Shown: positions 1 through 9,959 of the stretch, in pieces
Layout: each line of letters begins with the position of its first letter
Position numbering within the stretch: position 1 is the stretch's first letter
Origin: Nitrosopumilus sp.
Lineage (GTDB): Archaea; Thermoproteota; Nitrososphaeria; Nitrososphaerales; Nitrosopumilaceae
Direction: 5' to 3'
DNA: 64,000 bases
Assembly (NCBI GenBank): GCA_965249555.1
Contig: OZ252243.1
Coordinates: 768,001-832,000 of the forward strand
Translations under genes and position numbers: made by a program
The notes under the pieces: model-generated
Told to the model about the DNA's origin: nothing
What the model saw: the letters and a program-made list of their open reading frames with translations, nothing else
Database searches by the model: none

Positions 1-41
1 AAAAATTATTACAAAGGCAAACCCATGGCATTTGTGAGATA

Positions 42-518
42 ATGGTTACAAATTTTATTTCTGAAAAAGCAAAAATCGGTCAGAATGTACAGATTTGGCA
101 TTTTTCATATGTTGGGGATAACGTAGAGATTGGAGACAATGTCAAAATTGGTTCTCTTGCACATATCGATTACAATGTAAAGATTGGTGAAAATACAAAG
201 ATAGAAGGTCAGGCATACATTCCACCTTTATCTATAATCGGAAAAAATGTCTTCATTGGCCCGGCAGCTGCATTGACAAATGATCCTTATCCCATGTGTG
301 ACAAAATGGTCGGAGTTACAATTAAAGACAATGCAATAATTGGCGCACGTGCAGTAATCAAGGGCGGAGTCACCATAGGAAAGAACAGCGTTGTTGCAAT
401 GGGGGCAGTTGTAGTAAGAGATGTTCCTGAAGATACCGTGGTCGTTGGGTCTCCAGCTACAATCAGATACACCAGAGAAGAATACGACAAGAAGCAAAGA
501 AGGTGGAAAGAAAGTTAG
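42..518 (+). CDS. Hexapeptide-repeat (left-handed beta-helix) N-acetyltransferase, sugar-nucleotide modifying type
   Basis: Repeated [LIV]-G-x-x-[AV]-x-I hexapeptides, a LTNDPYP motif and a C-terminal VVVGSPA. Confidence 0.85.
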   Translation: MVTNFISEKAKIGQNVQIWHFSYVGDNVEIGDNVKIGSLAHIDYNVKIGENTKIEGQAYIPPLSIIGKNVFIGPAAALTNDPYPMCDKMVGVTIKDNAIIGARAVIKGGVTIGKNSVVAMGAVVVRDVPEDTVVVGSPATIRYTREEYDKKQRRWKES

Positions 519-745
519 GATTTTATCTCTTTTTTGAAAATCAAGTTTTTTAATTTAGATAAAATTAGAATCCATATTACAACTAGAATGATTGCAACTA
601 TCGCTTTAATTACAGATCCTAAAAAGAAATCAAGTTCGCCAAATCCAGAAACTGAAATTGGTCCCAATATTGTTACAACAATTCCACCCCCGACAAGTAT
701 CAGAATCCACATTGCAAACAAAAATCCAAAAAGACCAGACTTCAA
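515..745 (-). CDS. Small 2-TM membrane protein
   Basis: Two hydrophobic helices; start overlaps the stop of the upstream gene by 4 nt (last gene of the minus-strand operon). Confidence 0.7.
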   Translation of the reverse strand: MKSGLFGFLFAMWILILVGGGIVVTILGPISVSGFGELDFFLGSVIKAIVAIILVVIWILILSKLKNLIFKKEIKS

Positions 746-1734
746 AGAGAGACACCCATCATAAACGCAGTAATTATGGCCAAAATTCCTGAAAACATGG
801 CAAGTTTAAAGATTGCAAGCCCGACCTGCTTTTCGGATAATGGCCCTCCTGCAAGTATCAGTCTTACCAAAGTAACAGGAGCAGTCTTCTCATCAGTTGC
901 CTTTAGTAGGAAATCATCAGTATGCTCTACAGGCCTTCCCTTGACTTTTCTGTGCTCTACTATCCGTTTTACGCTTGATAGGAACAAAAATGAGTTGATT
1001 ACGGCAGGCAACAGTGCAACTGCAGCTAGTATTTCCACACCGCCTACAATTGCAATTGTACCATACATTGCACCAAAGGTTAGCGCTCCTGAATCCCCAG
1101 GAAAAATCTTGCTTGGAATTTTGTGGTATTTGTAAAATGCCAATGAGACAAATCCTAGCGGCAAACTAACTATTGCAATTTCATAATTTTGCACTATAAA
1201 CAGACATATCGACAATGAAAAACTTGCAATCACCATAAAACCGCTAGCGACTCCATTTAGAACATCAATTGAATTGATTGTGTTTCCAGTAATAGGAATC
1301 ATAAAGACAATCAAAGCAAGATAGAGCACAGGGATTTGTACCGTTCCAAATAATGGAAAGACAAGATTTGAATCATACGCACCCAATGCAATAATTGGAG
1401 TTGCTGCAAATGCAAGTGCAACAGGTTTGAACCAACCACTCATCACTTTTCTGTCATCAACGTATCCAATTACAAAAGCGGCAGATGTAGTAATAATTAT
1501 GGCAAGAATTTCATTTAACTGTAAAAATGCATAAAGGATGATTTCGGATGCAATGATTCCTACAATTATTGCCGGTCCACCCGGTCTGACAACCATTACA
1601 TCTTCTTTTTTGTTCACATCCTTTACTGCTAGATTTCTTTTTCCTAGAAATTTGATTAGGGGAGGAGTCATTACAAATACGGCAAAAAATGCAACGATAC
1701 AAGAAGCTACTGCCGGAAGTATTAATTCAATCAA
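742..1734 (-). CDS. Glycosyltransferase family 4 (UDP-GlcNAc:dolichyl-phosphate GlcNAc-1-P transferase, AglH/GPT-like)
   Basis: Polytopic membrane protein with GYVDD, NSIDVLNG and IFPGDSG motifs of the MraY/GPT family. Confidence 0.88.
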   Translation of the reverse strand: MIELILPAVASCIVAFFAVFVMTPPLIKFLGKRNLAVKDVNKKEDVMVVRPGGPAIIVGIIASEIILYAFLQLNEILAIIITTSAAFVIGYVDDRKVMSGWFKPVALAFAATPIIALGAYDSNLVFPLFGTVQIPVLYLALIVFMIPITGNTINSIDVLNGVASGFMVIASFSLSICLFIVQNYEIAIVSLPLGFVSLAFYKYHKIPSKIFPGDSGALTFGAMYGTIAIVGGVEILAAVALLPAVINSFLFLSSVKRIVEHRKVKGRPVEHTDDFLLKATDEKTAPVTLVRLILAGGPLSEKQVGLAIFKLAMFSGILAIITAFMMGVSL

Positions 1735-3861
1735 TTATCTAACCTTTCGTAATTCAGACTTTATGTTATCTGCAAGGGTTGAACCAATTTTATCTATTTC
1801 TGCTAATTTATTCACCGGAATCTTTGCCAAATCATCTAGACTCTTAATTCCGCGTTTGTAGAGAGTTCTGGCTCTAACCCTTCCAATTCCTTTGATTTTG
1901 ACTAGTTCAAGTAACTCCTCCCTAATTCCATAAACGATTCTTTCTCTTAGGTTACCGAGTTCCTCAAGCAAATCTGCCCTCTCCACATGCTTGGAAATCT
2001 CCCTGAGGCAATATGAGAGCCAATTTGCAGTCTCAGTCATCCTATGCATGTCCCCTGACTCTATTCCAAGGTTATCAGACAGGGATAACTCTGAAGATTC
2101 GCTAACCCATGCATGCAAGGCCAAAAGGCTTCTTGAGCAATCATACTCTGAAACTGGTTCAAGCAGTTCTGAAGAATTGTTTTCTATCAAGAGACTGGCA
2201 GATTCATAATCCTTTTGTCGAAGTGAAAATTTAGGGAAAAATTCTTCACAGTTTGAGATCAAATGCAGGAATCCAAACGTATGTCTTCTTTCTTGGGATA
2301 CGTTTTCAATAGCATCTCTAAAGTATGTTGCAGTCAGAGGATCAATGTACAGCATCGATGCCTCTTTTCCAAATTCAGTAGCTGCATATCTTTCACCTTT
2401 TTTGACTATCAGACATTCGCCGGACAAAAAACGCAGCGAAATATCAATTGCAAATTTTATTGTGGGCTTTCTTGATTGCAATCCTCCCAATGTTTGCAAG
2501 AAAAATTCCAAGATCTCAGCTTTTTTGATTCCAGGATGTGTAACTATAACGCTAAGTATGTGAGTACGTAGAGATTTGTCATCAGTGATCTTTGAAACTA
2601 TCGGTTCTGGTTCCCCGTTAACGTAATAGTCAATCAGGTCTTCAGCATTTCCATTTCCAACAATTATTGCTTCCCCATAGTCATCATATTGCGGTCTTCC
2701 AGCTCTGCCACAGAGTTGTTTGTATTCCAAGACACTAATGGGTCTGTTTGCCCCAACTTTTGCATTGTATCTATTGACACTTGAAATTACAACTCTTCTT
2801 GCCGGAAGGTTAACTCCTGCGGCTAAAGTTGGCGTGGATGAGAGTAGCTTGATAGTTCCCTTACGAAATTCTGTTTCTATTGTTGCCCTGCAATTCTGAT
2901 TCAGCCCCGCATGATGAAATGCAACCCCTTTTTTTACAAGAAATGCCAATGTCTTTATTAGTTCTGTATGTTCGTTTCCAGCTAGAATTTTTTTTGAGGT
3001 TTTTTCTAGTTCCCTCAAATCTTTTTTTTCCAAAATCTGAGAGATGGCATCTGCTGCTTTTGTTGCAAGGGATTTCGAACGGTTTCTGGTCGCTGCAAAT
3101 ACCAGGGATTGGCCGCCTTCTTTTACTGACTGTACGCCTAAATCAATCGGAGTTCCACATATGCTACGCTCGACTGAAAAGGTCTTGCCGTCATTCATGG
3201 TAACTTTGCCTGCATCACATACCCCTTCTGTTAGTGGCACAGGTCTCCAGTCGTTTTGCACTAGCTTGCAATCAAGCCAGTCTGCAATCTCATCAGAGTT
3301 TGAAATAGTGGCACTAAGACCTACAATCTGAGGTCTTGTCTCCAATAATTTTAGATGTGTAAGAATCATCTCAAGTGTCGGGCCACGATTTTCATCTCCA
3401 ATCAAATGGACCTCATCAGTAATTACTAGTCCAATTTCTTCAACCCATTCAGCACCATGTCTAATAATTGAATCCATTTTTTCATTTGTTAAAATTAACA
3501 CATTGCTTTTCTCCAAATGCTTTTCAATATTCTCATAGTCTCCAGTAGATATGCTGACTCTGACTTTATTTCCCAGTGCAACTTTTTCTAATTTTTTAAA
3601 TTCTGAGAATTTTTCAGCAGCTAACGCACGTAAAGGGCTAAGATAGATCACCTTGCCGTTATTCTTTGAAAGATAGCTAATCATTGCAAGTATTGCAATC
3701 AAGGTCTTTCCACTTGCAGTAGGAGCAGATACCAGAACGCTCTTCCCATCTAATAGTCCAGACTTTACACTATCAGCTTGTGGCGGATATAATTTTTCAA
3801 AACCTTGTGATTTTAAAAATTCAATTGCAGAATCGGGAAGATCTAGTTTCTCTATTTTCAT
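1735..3861 (-). CDS. hel308: Ski2-like SF2 DNA helicase Hel308
   Basis: APTASGKT, DEVH, SAT, HHAGL, TLAAGVNLPA and GRAGRP motifs; C-terminal HhH (KGIGRVRAR). Confidence 0.95.
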   Translation of the reverse strand: MKIEKLDLPDSAIEFLKSQGFEKLYPPQADSVKSGLLDGKSVLVSAPTASGKTLIAILAMISYLSKNNGKVIYLSPLRALAAEKFSEFKKLEKVALGNKVRVSISTGDYENIEKHLEKSNVLILTNEKMDSIIRHGAEWVEEIGLVITDEVHLIGDENRGPTLEMILTHLKLLETRPQIVGLSATISNSDEIADWLDCKLVQNDWRPVPLTEGVCDAGKVTMNDGKTFSVERSICGTPIDLGVQSVKEGGQSLVFAATRNRSKSLATKAADAISQILEKKDLRELEKTSKKILAGNEHTELIKTLAFLVKKGVAFHHAGLNQNCRATIETEFRKGTIKLLSSTPTLAAGVNLPARRVVISSVNRYNAKVGANRPISVLEYKQLCGRAGRPQYDDYGEAIIVGNGNAEDLIDYYVNGEPEPIVSKITDDKSLRTHILSVIVTHPGIKKAEILEFFLQTLGGLQSRKPTIKFAIDISLRFLSGECLIVKKGERYAATEFGKEASMLYIDPLTATYFRDAIENVSQERRHTFGFLHLISNCEEFFPKFSLRQKDYESASLLIENNSSELLEPVSEYDCSRSLLALHAWVSESSELSLSDNLGIESGDMHRMTETANWLSYCLREISKHVERADLLEELGNLRERIVYGIREELLELVKIKGIGRVRARTLYKRGIKSLDDLAKIPVNKLAEIDKIGSTLADNIKSELRKVR

Positions 3862-5945
3862 ACTCGGTTATAGTGACCGGGTCTTGATTCATAAATAGAT
3901 GCTTCTCTAAGCATTCGTCTGATATAGTCTCTTGCCTCGTCTTCAGTGAATTTTTCACTCTTTTCTAGTTCTTTGACAAATATCTTTTCTTCTACTGGCA
4001 CCTTGTTATCACCCTCAAGGCTTCTGAGAATATCCATGAATAATTGCATCTTTGAGACCTCACTTCTTGGCTTTCCTTGCAATACTCCAAGATCTACCTT
4101 TCCAGTATTGACATCTACCCCTGCATCCTCAAGCATATTCTGAAGCAAGAAGATTGCCCGTTCAGCATCTTCTAGTTCTACCTCGTTTTTCAAGAGTAAT
4201 CTTGCTCTTGCAGTAGAGAGTCTGATAATTCCCTCTAGTTGTCTTGGCGTAACTGTAATCATCTCTTCGGATTCTACATTTCTCATCTGTAGGTAATATT
4301 CGAGGATCTTTTCCTCAGCATCTTTGGTCATTTTAGGGGTACCACGTTTTGCATATGAGAGATATTTTGTCAGTAAATCAACATCAATTACAGAACGTTT
4401 GTCTATTCCTTGCGGAGTGTGCAGTTCTATAATGTGTCTGGCAATCTTTTCGTCTTTTTCCTTACTTGGAATATCCCTTACGACAAAAATCAAGTCAAAT
4501 CTTGTAAGCAATGGGATTGGCAAGTTTACATTTTCTGTAATATTTTTGAATGGATCATATTTCCCATACATTGGGTTTGCAGCAGCTAAAATTGATGTTC
4601 TAGCATTTAGTGTAGCTACAATACCGCCTTTTGCAATACTGGCTGACTGTTGTTCCATAACTTCGTGTAAGGCACTTCTATCTTCTGGTTTCATCTTGTC
4701 AAATTCGTCTATACATACAAGGCCTTGGTCACCAAGTACTACTGCACCTGCTTCAAGCATCATGATTCCAGTCTTGTCTTTAACTATAGCAGCTGTAAGT
4801 CCTGCAGCAGTTGAACCTCTGCCAGAAGTATACAGACCTCGTGGTGCAATTCTTGTACAAAACTTTAGCATCTCACTTTTTGCAGTACCGGGATCTCCAA
4901 CCAGAAATATGTTAATGTCCCCCCTAATCTTGCTTCCATCACCTAATATTTTCTGATTAGCACCAACGATAAGCAACATAATGGCTTCTTTGATTACTGA
5001 ATGTCCTTGAATGTGAGGAGCAAATGAATCAACTAGCTTTTGATATACATCAGGACTTTTACTTAACGCTTTGATCATTTCTTCTTCTTCAGGTGAAACT
5101 TCGTCTTTGGCTATCTTACGAGACATTTTAGAACCATGCCCACCCAAGAATTCAATGTTATTTCCTTCAATCCTTAATCGGTATAATCCACTATGGCCTC
5201 TCTGGACACCTGCAACTGATTCCTGCTCGATTCTGACTATACCTGTAAGAATAATTCTGTCTCCCGGCCTTGCATTGTCTACTAAATCCTGCCTAATTGT
5301 GACGTCAATATAGTGAGGAAGTTGTCCTGGAGGCAAGTCCTCAGGAAGTTCCTGTAATCTAAGAAGTTGAAAATCAATAAACTTGCTTGCTTCGGGTTTT
5401 ATCTCAAAATCCCTGTGTTTACAAGACGGGTTGTCACATACTACAGGAATTTTAACATCCATTCCTTTAAGCTGAATTACCTTGGTAGGGTGATCATCAG
5501 GACAGACAAAGACTAGTTCCTTTGCAAGAGGTTTTACTTCTGATGCCCTAACTACCATTCCTGAAACGCTTGTAATTGTTCCAATGGTTTCAGCATTGAT
5601 TTGTCTGAGACTTCGCTGAAGTGGAAAGTTAATCAGTCTTACACGAACTTCATCTTTTATTTTTTCAGCATAATCCGGAAATCTTGTTTGCAATGCTTCT
5701 TTGATTGCTCTAGAAAACGCATCAAAGACTCTGTCAGGACTTGCAGTGAATAATACCTCAATTTCTGGCTCTACAACCAAATCATTGTAATCAACTACAA
5801 TGTATTTCGCGTTTTTAGGCATCATCTCATCGATTGCCTCTACATAGATGTAGTTACCAGATTTATTTTTGAATCTAATAAGAAATTCTTTTACTCTATC
5901 TGACAATGCAGATTCTGTAAATGTACTAGTTTGAGTCTTGCTCAT
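3858..5945 (-). CDS. mcm: Replicative helicase MCM
   Basis: GDPGTAKS Walker A, IDEFDKM, AAANP, LLTRFDL and a Zn-finger; 695 aa with no intein. Confidence 0.97.
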   Translation of the reverse strand: MSKTQTSTFTESALSDRVKEFLIRFKNKSGNYIYVEAIDEMMPKNAKYIVVDYNDLVVEPEIEVLFTASPDRVFDAFSRAIKEALQTRFPDYAEKIKDEVRVRLINFPLQRSLRQINAETIGTITSVSGMVVRASEVKPLAKELVFVCPDDHPTKVIQLKGMDVKIPVVCDNPSCKHRDFEIKPEASKFIDFQLLRLQELPEDLPPGQLPHYIDVTIRQDLVDNARPGDRIILTGIVRIEQESVAGVQRGHSGLYRLRIEGNNIEFLGGHGSKMSRKIAKDEVSPEEEEMIKALSKSPDVYQKLVDSFAPHIQGHSVIKEAIMLLIVGANQKILGDGSKIRGDINIFLVGDPGTAKSEMLKFCTRIAPRGLYTSGRGSTAAGLTAAIVKDKTGIMMLEAGAVVLGDQGLVCIDEFDKMKPEDRSALHEVMEQQSASIAKGGIVATLNARTSILAAANPMYGKYDPFKNITENVNLPIPLLTRFDLIFVVRDIPSKEKDEKIARHIIELHTPQGIDKRSVIDVDLLTKYLSYAKRGTPKMTKDAEEKILEYYLQMRNVESEEMITVTPRQLEGIIRLSTARARLLLKNEVELEDAERAIFLLQNMLEDAGVDVNTGKVDLGVLQGKPRSEVSKMQLFMDILRSLEGDNKVPVEEKIFVKELEKSEKFTEDEARDYIRRMLREASIYESRPGHYNRV

Positions 5946-6456
5946 TTAGATCTCCTCTTATTTGTTTTTCAAACTCTATGCTGTTTTCATGGATGGTTTT
6001 ATAGAAGACACTTTCTTCAACAGTTAATTTGTTATAGAGTTCAGAATTTAGTTTGATAGTGTCTGCTATCTTTACTAGTTTACCTCTTCGCATCCTAAAT
6101 AATTCCAACATCATGCTTTCAACTTTATCAAAATCATTGCGATTCAATTCTTTCATAGTTTCTTTTAGTTTGATGTAAAAGTGGGAGTCTAGTGTAGAGA
6201 TTTGATATTCTCCAACCATCTTTTCTTTTGATAATGCTTGTTTTAATTCAGTAATCATATCTGGAGAATCAAGTGTTGCCAGTTTATTATCAGCCAATAT
6301 TTTTCCAATCCACTGAGGCATGTTAATTACCTCACCTGAAGTTCCTTCGGTCTTTATTCCTGCAACATTGAATTTGAAATCACGATTAACTGAGACTTTG
6401 GTATCCTTTAGGCGGTATCCAACTGAATGCACTTTTTCTATCTTGTCTATTTCCAT
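5926..6456 (-). CDS. gins23: GINS complex subunit (Gins23-like)
   Basis: Directly upstream of and overlapping mcm; MPQWIG, HFY, RRGKLVK and LTVEE motifs. Confidence 0.85.
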   Translation of the reverse strand: MEIDKIEKVHSVGYRLKDTKVSVNRDFKFNVAGIKTEGTSGEVINMPQWIGKILADNKLATLDSPDMITELKQALSKEKMVGEYQISTLDSHFYIKLKETMKELNRNDFDKVESMMLELFRMRRGKLVKIADTIKLNSELYNKLTVEESVFYKTIHENSIEFEKQIRGDLNEQDSN

Positions 6457-6461
6457 GGTGA

Positions 6462-6559
6462 GATCTTGATCCTCCTAGGGATCCTTCAAGAATCGGATCG
6501 ATCAATTGATCTGATCAAACAGCTCAATAGAATTGATCCGAGCGATCTCAAGGCTGATC
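6462..6559. promoter_or_regulatory. GATC-dense element (10 sites in 98 bp) in the divergent gins23/rfcS intergenic region
   Basis: GATC at 6462, 6468, 6480, 6496, 6500, 6508, 6513, 6535, 6544 and 6556; includes the perfect palindrome GATCAATTGATC (6500-6511). The function is inferred. Confidence 0.6.
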
Positions 6560-6650
6560 GCATAGAAAATACAACTAATTTGGATTTTAATTTGCTGTAT
6601 GTCACAATAACCAATTCGGATTTATTAATGGGAATTGAACCTAGAATTTT

Positions 6651-7601
6651 ATGTCTGCAACAGGTATGTGGGTAGAAAAATATCGACCGACAAAACTTTC
6701 AGAAATTGTAAACCAGACGGAAATTATTGGTAGCCTAGAAGCTCTAATCAAAGATCCAACAGACATGCCTCACTTGCTGTTTTCTGGCTCTGCAGGAGTA
6801 GGCAAGACCACTACTGCATTATGTCTTTCAAGACAAATTTTGGGGGAGTATGTCAAAGACTATACTCTTGAATTAAACGCATCAGACGAGCGAGGAATTG
6901 ATATGGTTAGAGAAAAGGTAAAAAAGTTTTCAAGATTTGCCGGAATGGTTGATGTTCCGTTCAAGATTATCATTTTAGATGAAGCAGATGAAATGACTTC
7001 AGCTGCCCAAACTGCACTTAGAAGAATTATAGAAGACGCTGCAAAAATTTGCAGATTCATTCTAATTGCAAACAATGTTTCAAAAATAATAGATCCCATT
7101 CAAAGCAGATGTGCAGCCTTCAAGTTCACAGCAGTTTCAGAAGAGGATGTCATGGGTAGACTAGAAGAGATTGCCAAAAAAGAAAAAGTACAGACTGACA
7201 AAAATGGTCTAAAGGAAATTTATGAGTACACAGAAGGGGATTTGAGACATGCAATTAATCTAATGCAGGCAACTGCAAGTCTTGGTGGAATCACTCAAGA
7301 GAATGTAAAGGCATCAGCCGGACTGACAAAGACCAGTGATGTCGATGAGGTTCTGAAAATGGCACTATCCGGAAAAGTTGCTGAAGCAAGAGAGAAGATG
7401 ATAGAATTAATCAAGGTTTATGGAATGTCAGAATCTGACTTTTTAAAATATTTCAATTCAGCTGTTTTCAAATCAAAGCATGACAAACTATCAGATATTT
7501 TGCAAGTGATTGCAAAGTATGATTACAGAATACTAGTTGGGGCAAATTCTGAAATTCAGTTATCTGCAATGCTTGCAGAACTTGCAAAATTAGAAAACTG
7601 A
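6651..7601 (+). CDS. rfcS: Replication factor C small subunit
   Basis: WVEKYRP, GSAGVGKTT, ELNASDERG, LDEAD and SRC motifs. Confidence 0.97.
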   Translation: MSATGMWVEKYRPTKLSEIVNQTEIIGSLEALIKDPTDMPHLLFSGSAGVGKTTTALCLSRQILGEYVKDYTLELNASDERGIDMVREKVKKFSRFAGMVDVPFKIIILDEADEMTSAAQTALRRIIEDAAKICRFILIANNVSKIIDPIQSRCAAFKFTAVSEEDVMGRLEEIAKKEKVQTDKNGLKEIYEYTEGDLRHAINLMQATASLGGITQENVKASAGLTKTSDVDEVLKMALSGKVAEAREKMIELIKVYGMSESDFLKYFNSAVFKSKHDKLSDILQVIAKYDYRILVGANSEIQLSAMLAELAKLEN

Positions 7602-7609
7602 TTCAAATT

Positions 7610-8521
7610 TTAAGGATCTAGAGATTTTAGATTTTTACATCTGTTTCTGATTGTGACTTCAGTTACACCTGCAGCCATGGCAATTGTTTTTTGGGTCGTA
7701 TTCTCGCCAGTCTCCATACTTGCAATATACAGGGCAGATGCCGCCATTCCCATCGGATCTTTTCCAGATATGATTTGACTCTGTTCAGCCTTTTTGAGAA
7801 GCTTCATTGCATGACGTTTAGTTTTTTCTGACAGGCCAATCTGACTTGCAATTCTTGAAATACACTGAACTGAGTCAACCACAGGCATCTTCAAGTCTAA
7901 TTCTTTTACTATCATTCTGTAACAAATAGCGAGATTTTTTCTCGTGATGTTAATTGAACCTGAAACGTCATTAAGAGTTCGCGGAGTACTAGTTTCACGG
8001 CAAGCAGCATAAAGTGTTGCAGCAATTAATGCATTAATTGATCTGCCTCTGACAAGTTTTTTTTCCAGAGCTTTTCTGTAAATGTAAGCTGCTTTTTCCA
8101 CGATAGCATCAGACAAAGATAATTTCTCTTTCATTTTGAGAAGTTCACTCAGTGCATGCTGGAGATTTCTATCAGCAGAATCCTTTGTACGACTTCGACT
8201 ATCCCAGATACGTAATCGCTTGATTGAGGATTTCATGGATGATGATAATGGGTTTCCAGAAGAGTCTTTGTTTATTGGGCTAATTATTGTACTTAGACCT
8301 TGATCATGTCTTGTTAGTGATGTTCTGTCTCCGGTTCTTGATTTGTTAGCACCGCTATCTGAGAATGTTCTTTCTGGTCCTTGACTGTCCACCCTATCAG
8401 TAATTACAAAGCCACATGTGCCACAAAACATTTCGCCTGTTTCATCATCAGTGATTATTCTGGTTTTGCCACATCTTGGACAGTTTTGCTTTTTTGATAG
8501 TTGCTGGTTTTGTTGTGCCAC
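7610..8521 (-). CDS. tfb: Transcription initiation factor IIB paralog
   Basis: CPRCG...CGTCG Zn ribbon, two cyclin folds, C-terminal AGVTEVTIRNR. Confidence 0.95.
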   Translation of the reverse strand: MAQQNQQLSKKQNCPRCGKTRIITDDETGEMFCGTCGFVITDRVDSQGPERTFSDSGANKSRTGDRTSLTRHDQGLSTIISPINKDSSGNPLSSSMKSSIKRLRIWDSRSRTKDSADRNLQHALSELLKMKEKLSLSDAIVEKAAYIYRKALEKKLVRGRSINALIAATLYAACRETSTPRTLNDVSGSINITRKNLAICYRMIVKELDLKMPVVDSVQCISRIASQIGLSEKTKRHAMKLLKKAEQSQIISGKDPMGMAASALYIASMETGENTTQKTIAMAAGVTEVTIRNRCKNLKSLDP

Positions 8522-8590
8522 GGCATTTTCTCTTAAATGTTAATGTCTAATAAATCGTCAAGATCGTGGCATTGATCTATTAACAAAAAA

Positions 8591-8674
8591 CGCAGAGAGA
8601 GGGATTTGAACCCCCGTATGCTTGCGCACACAGGCTCTCAAGGCCCGCGCCCTACCGAGCTAGGCGACCTCTGC
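8591..8674 (-). tRNA. tRNA-Ser(TGA)
   Basis: Cloverleaf with GCAGAGG/TCTCTGC acceptor, anticodon arm CGGGC-CTTGAGA-GCCTG, long variable arm, TTCAAAT loop, G discriminator. Confidence 0.93.
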
Positions 8675-8745
8675 AAAAAATAGTGCAAAAAAGTGATTAA
8701 AATTTGTTGATGTAAAAATAAAAAATAGGAAAAAAGAAAGTTTCT

Positions 8746-9294
8746 CTAATCGTGAGCGTGCGGTCCGCCGCCACCGGATGGCATTTTAACATATGTGCCA
8801 TCTGCTTTCTCGTGCCATTCCAAGTTAGCCGCTTCAATACGAATTGCTCCCTGAGGACATATTTCTTGACATGCCATACAAATCGTACAATCATGTTCTC
8901 TGATTGGCTGTGATTTGTCTGAAGCATCTAATCTTTCAGTTGCCTCTGTAAGACCAGTACCTTCAAAGGTTGCATTCATACAGTCTGCTGCCGGAATGTC
9001 TTGTTCGGTTCTATACCATTGAAAAGTTTGGACAGGACATACGCCAAAGCACTCACCTGCTGCAATACATGAATCCCAGTCAACTGCGACAGTTGTTCCA
9101 TGAATTCCTAAAGGAACCATTTTTTCTCCATGTTCTTCATAGGCTGCTTTGACATCCTCATTTGAGAATGCTTTGCCGTTTGGATCTCCTTTGCCCCAGA
9201 TAAAGTGCTTATTTTCTCCATCTGAATGGCTGGTTTTTCCTACTGGCTTTACGTCATTTGTACAAAAATCTTCTGGTATTACTAAATCTACCAT
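8746..9294 (-). CDS. 4Fe-4S dicluster ferredoxin (zinc-ferredoxin-like N-terminal extension)
   Basis: CIAAGECFGVCP and CTICMACQEICP motifs. Confidence 0.9.
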   Translation of the reverse strand: MVDLVIPEDFCTNDVKPVGKTSHSDGENKHFIWGKGDPNGKAFSNEDVKAAYEEHGEKMVPLGIHGTTVAVDWDSCIAAGECFGVCPVQTFQWYRTEQDIPAADCMNATFEGTGLTEATERLDASDKSQPIREHDCTICMACQEICPQGAIRIEAANLEWHEKADGTYVKMPSGGGGPHAHD

Positions 9295-9405
9295 ACTAGA
9301 ATTATTCTAGAATATTATTTAAAGCTAGACAAAATTAGTCGCGACTAAATCAGATATTACATAGGAAAAATATTGGTTCTTTATTTGTGAGAATTCTCAG
9401 AATGC

Positions 9406-9927
<522 letters not shown>

Positions 9928-9959
9928 TTATAGATAATATTTAAAGCTAAGCCAGAATG

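Noticed and set aside
4324-4956. Long antisense ORFs (e.g. 4324-4956, 44133-44801, 50578-51099, 12224-12622)
   Set aside because: Shadow frames of well-supported genes on the opposite strand
6457-6650. Canonical archaeal oriC
   Set aside because: No ORB boxes with G-strings and no adjacent orc1/cdc6 seen; kept only as a GATC-cluster hypothesis
6427-6675. 82-aa plus-strand ORF across the gins23/rfcS intergenic region
   Set aside because: Overlaps both flanking genes; its D/I/R/S bias is a by-product of the GATC cluster
3858-7601. Inteins in MCM or RFC
   Set aside because: Both proteins have normal lengths and contiguous motifs
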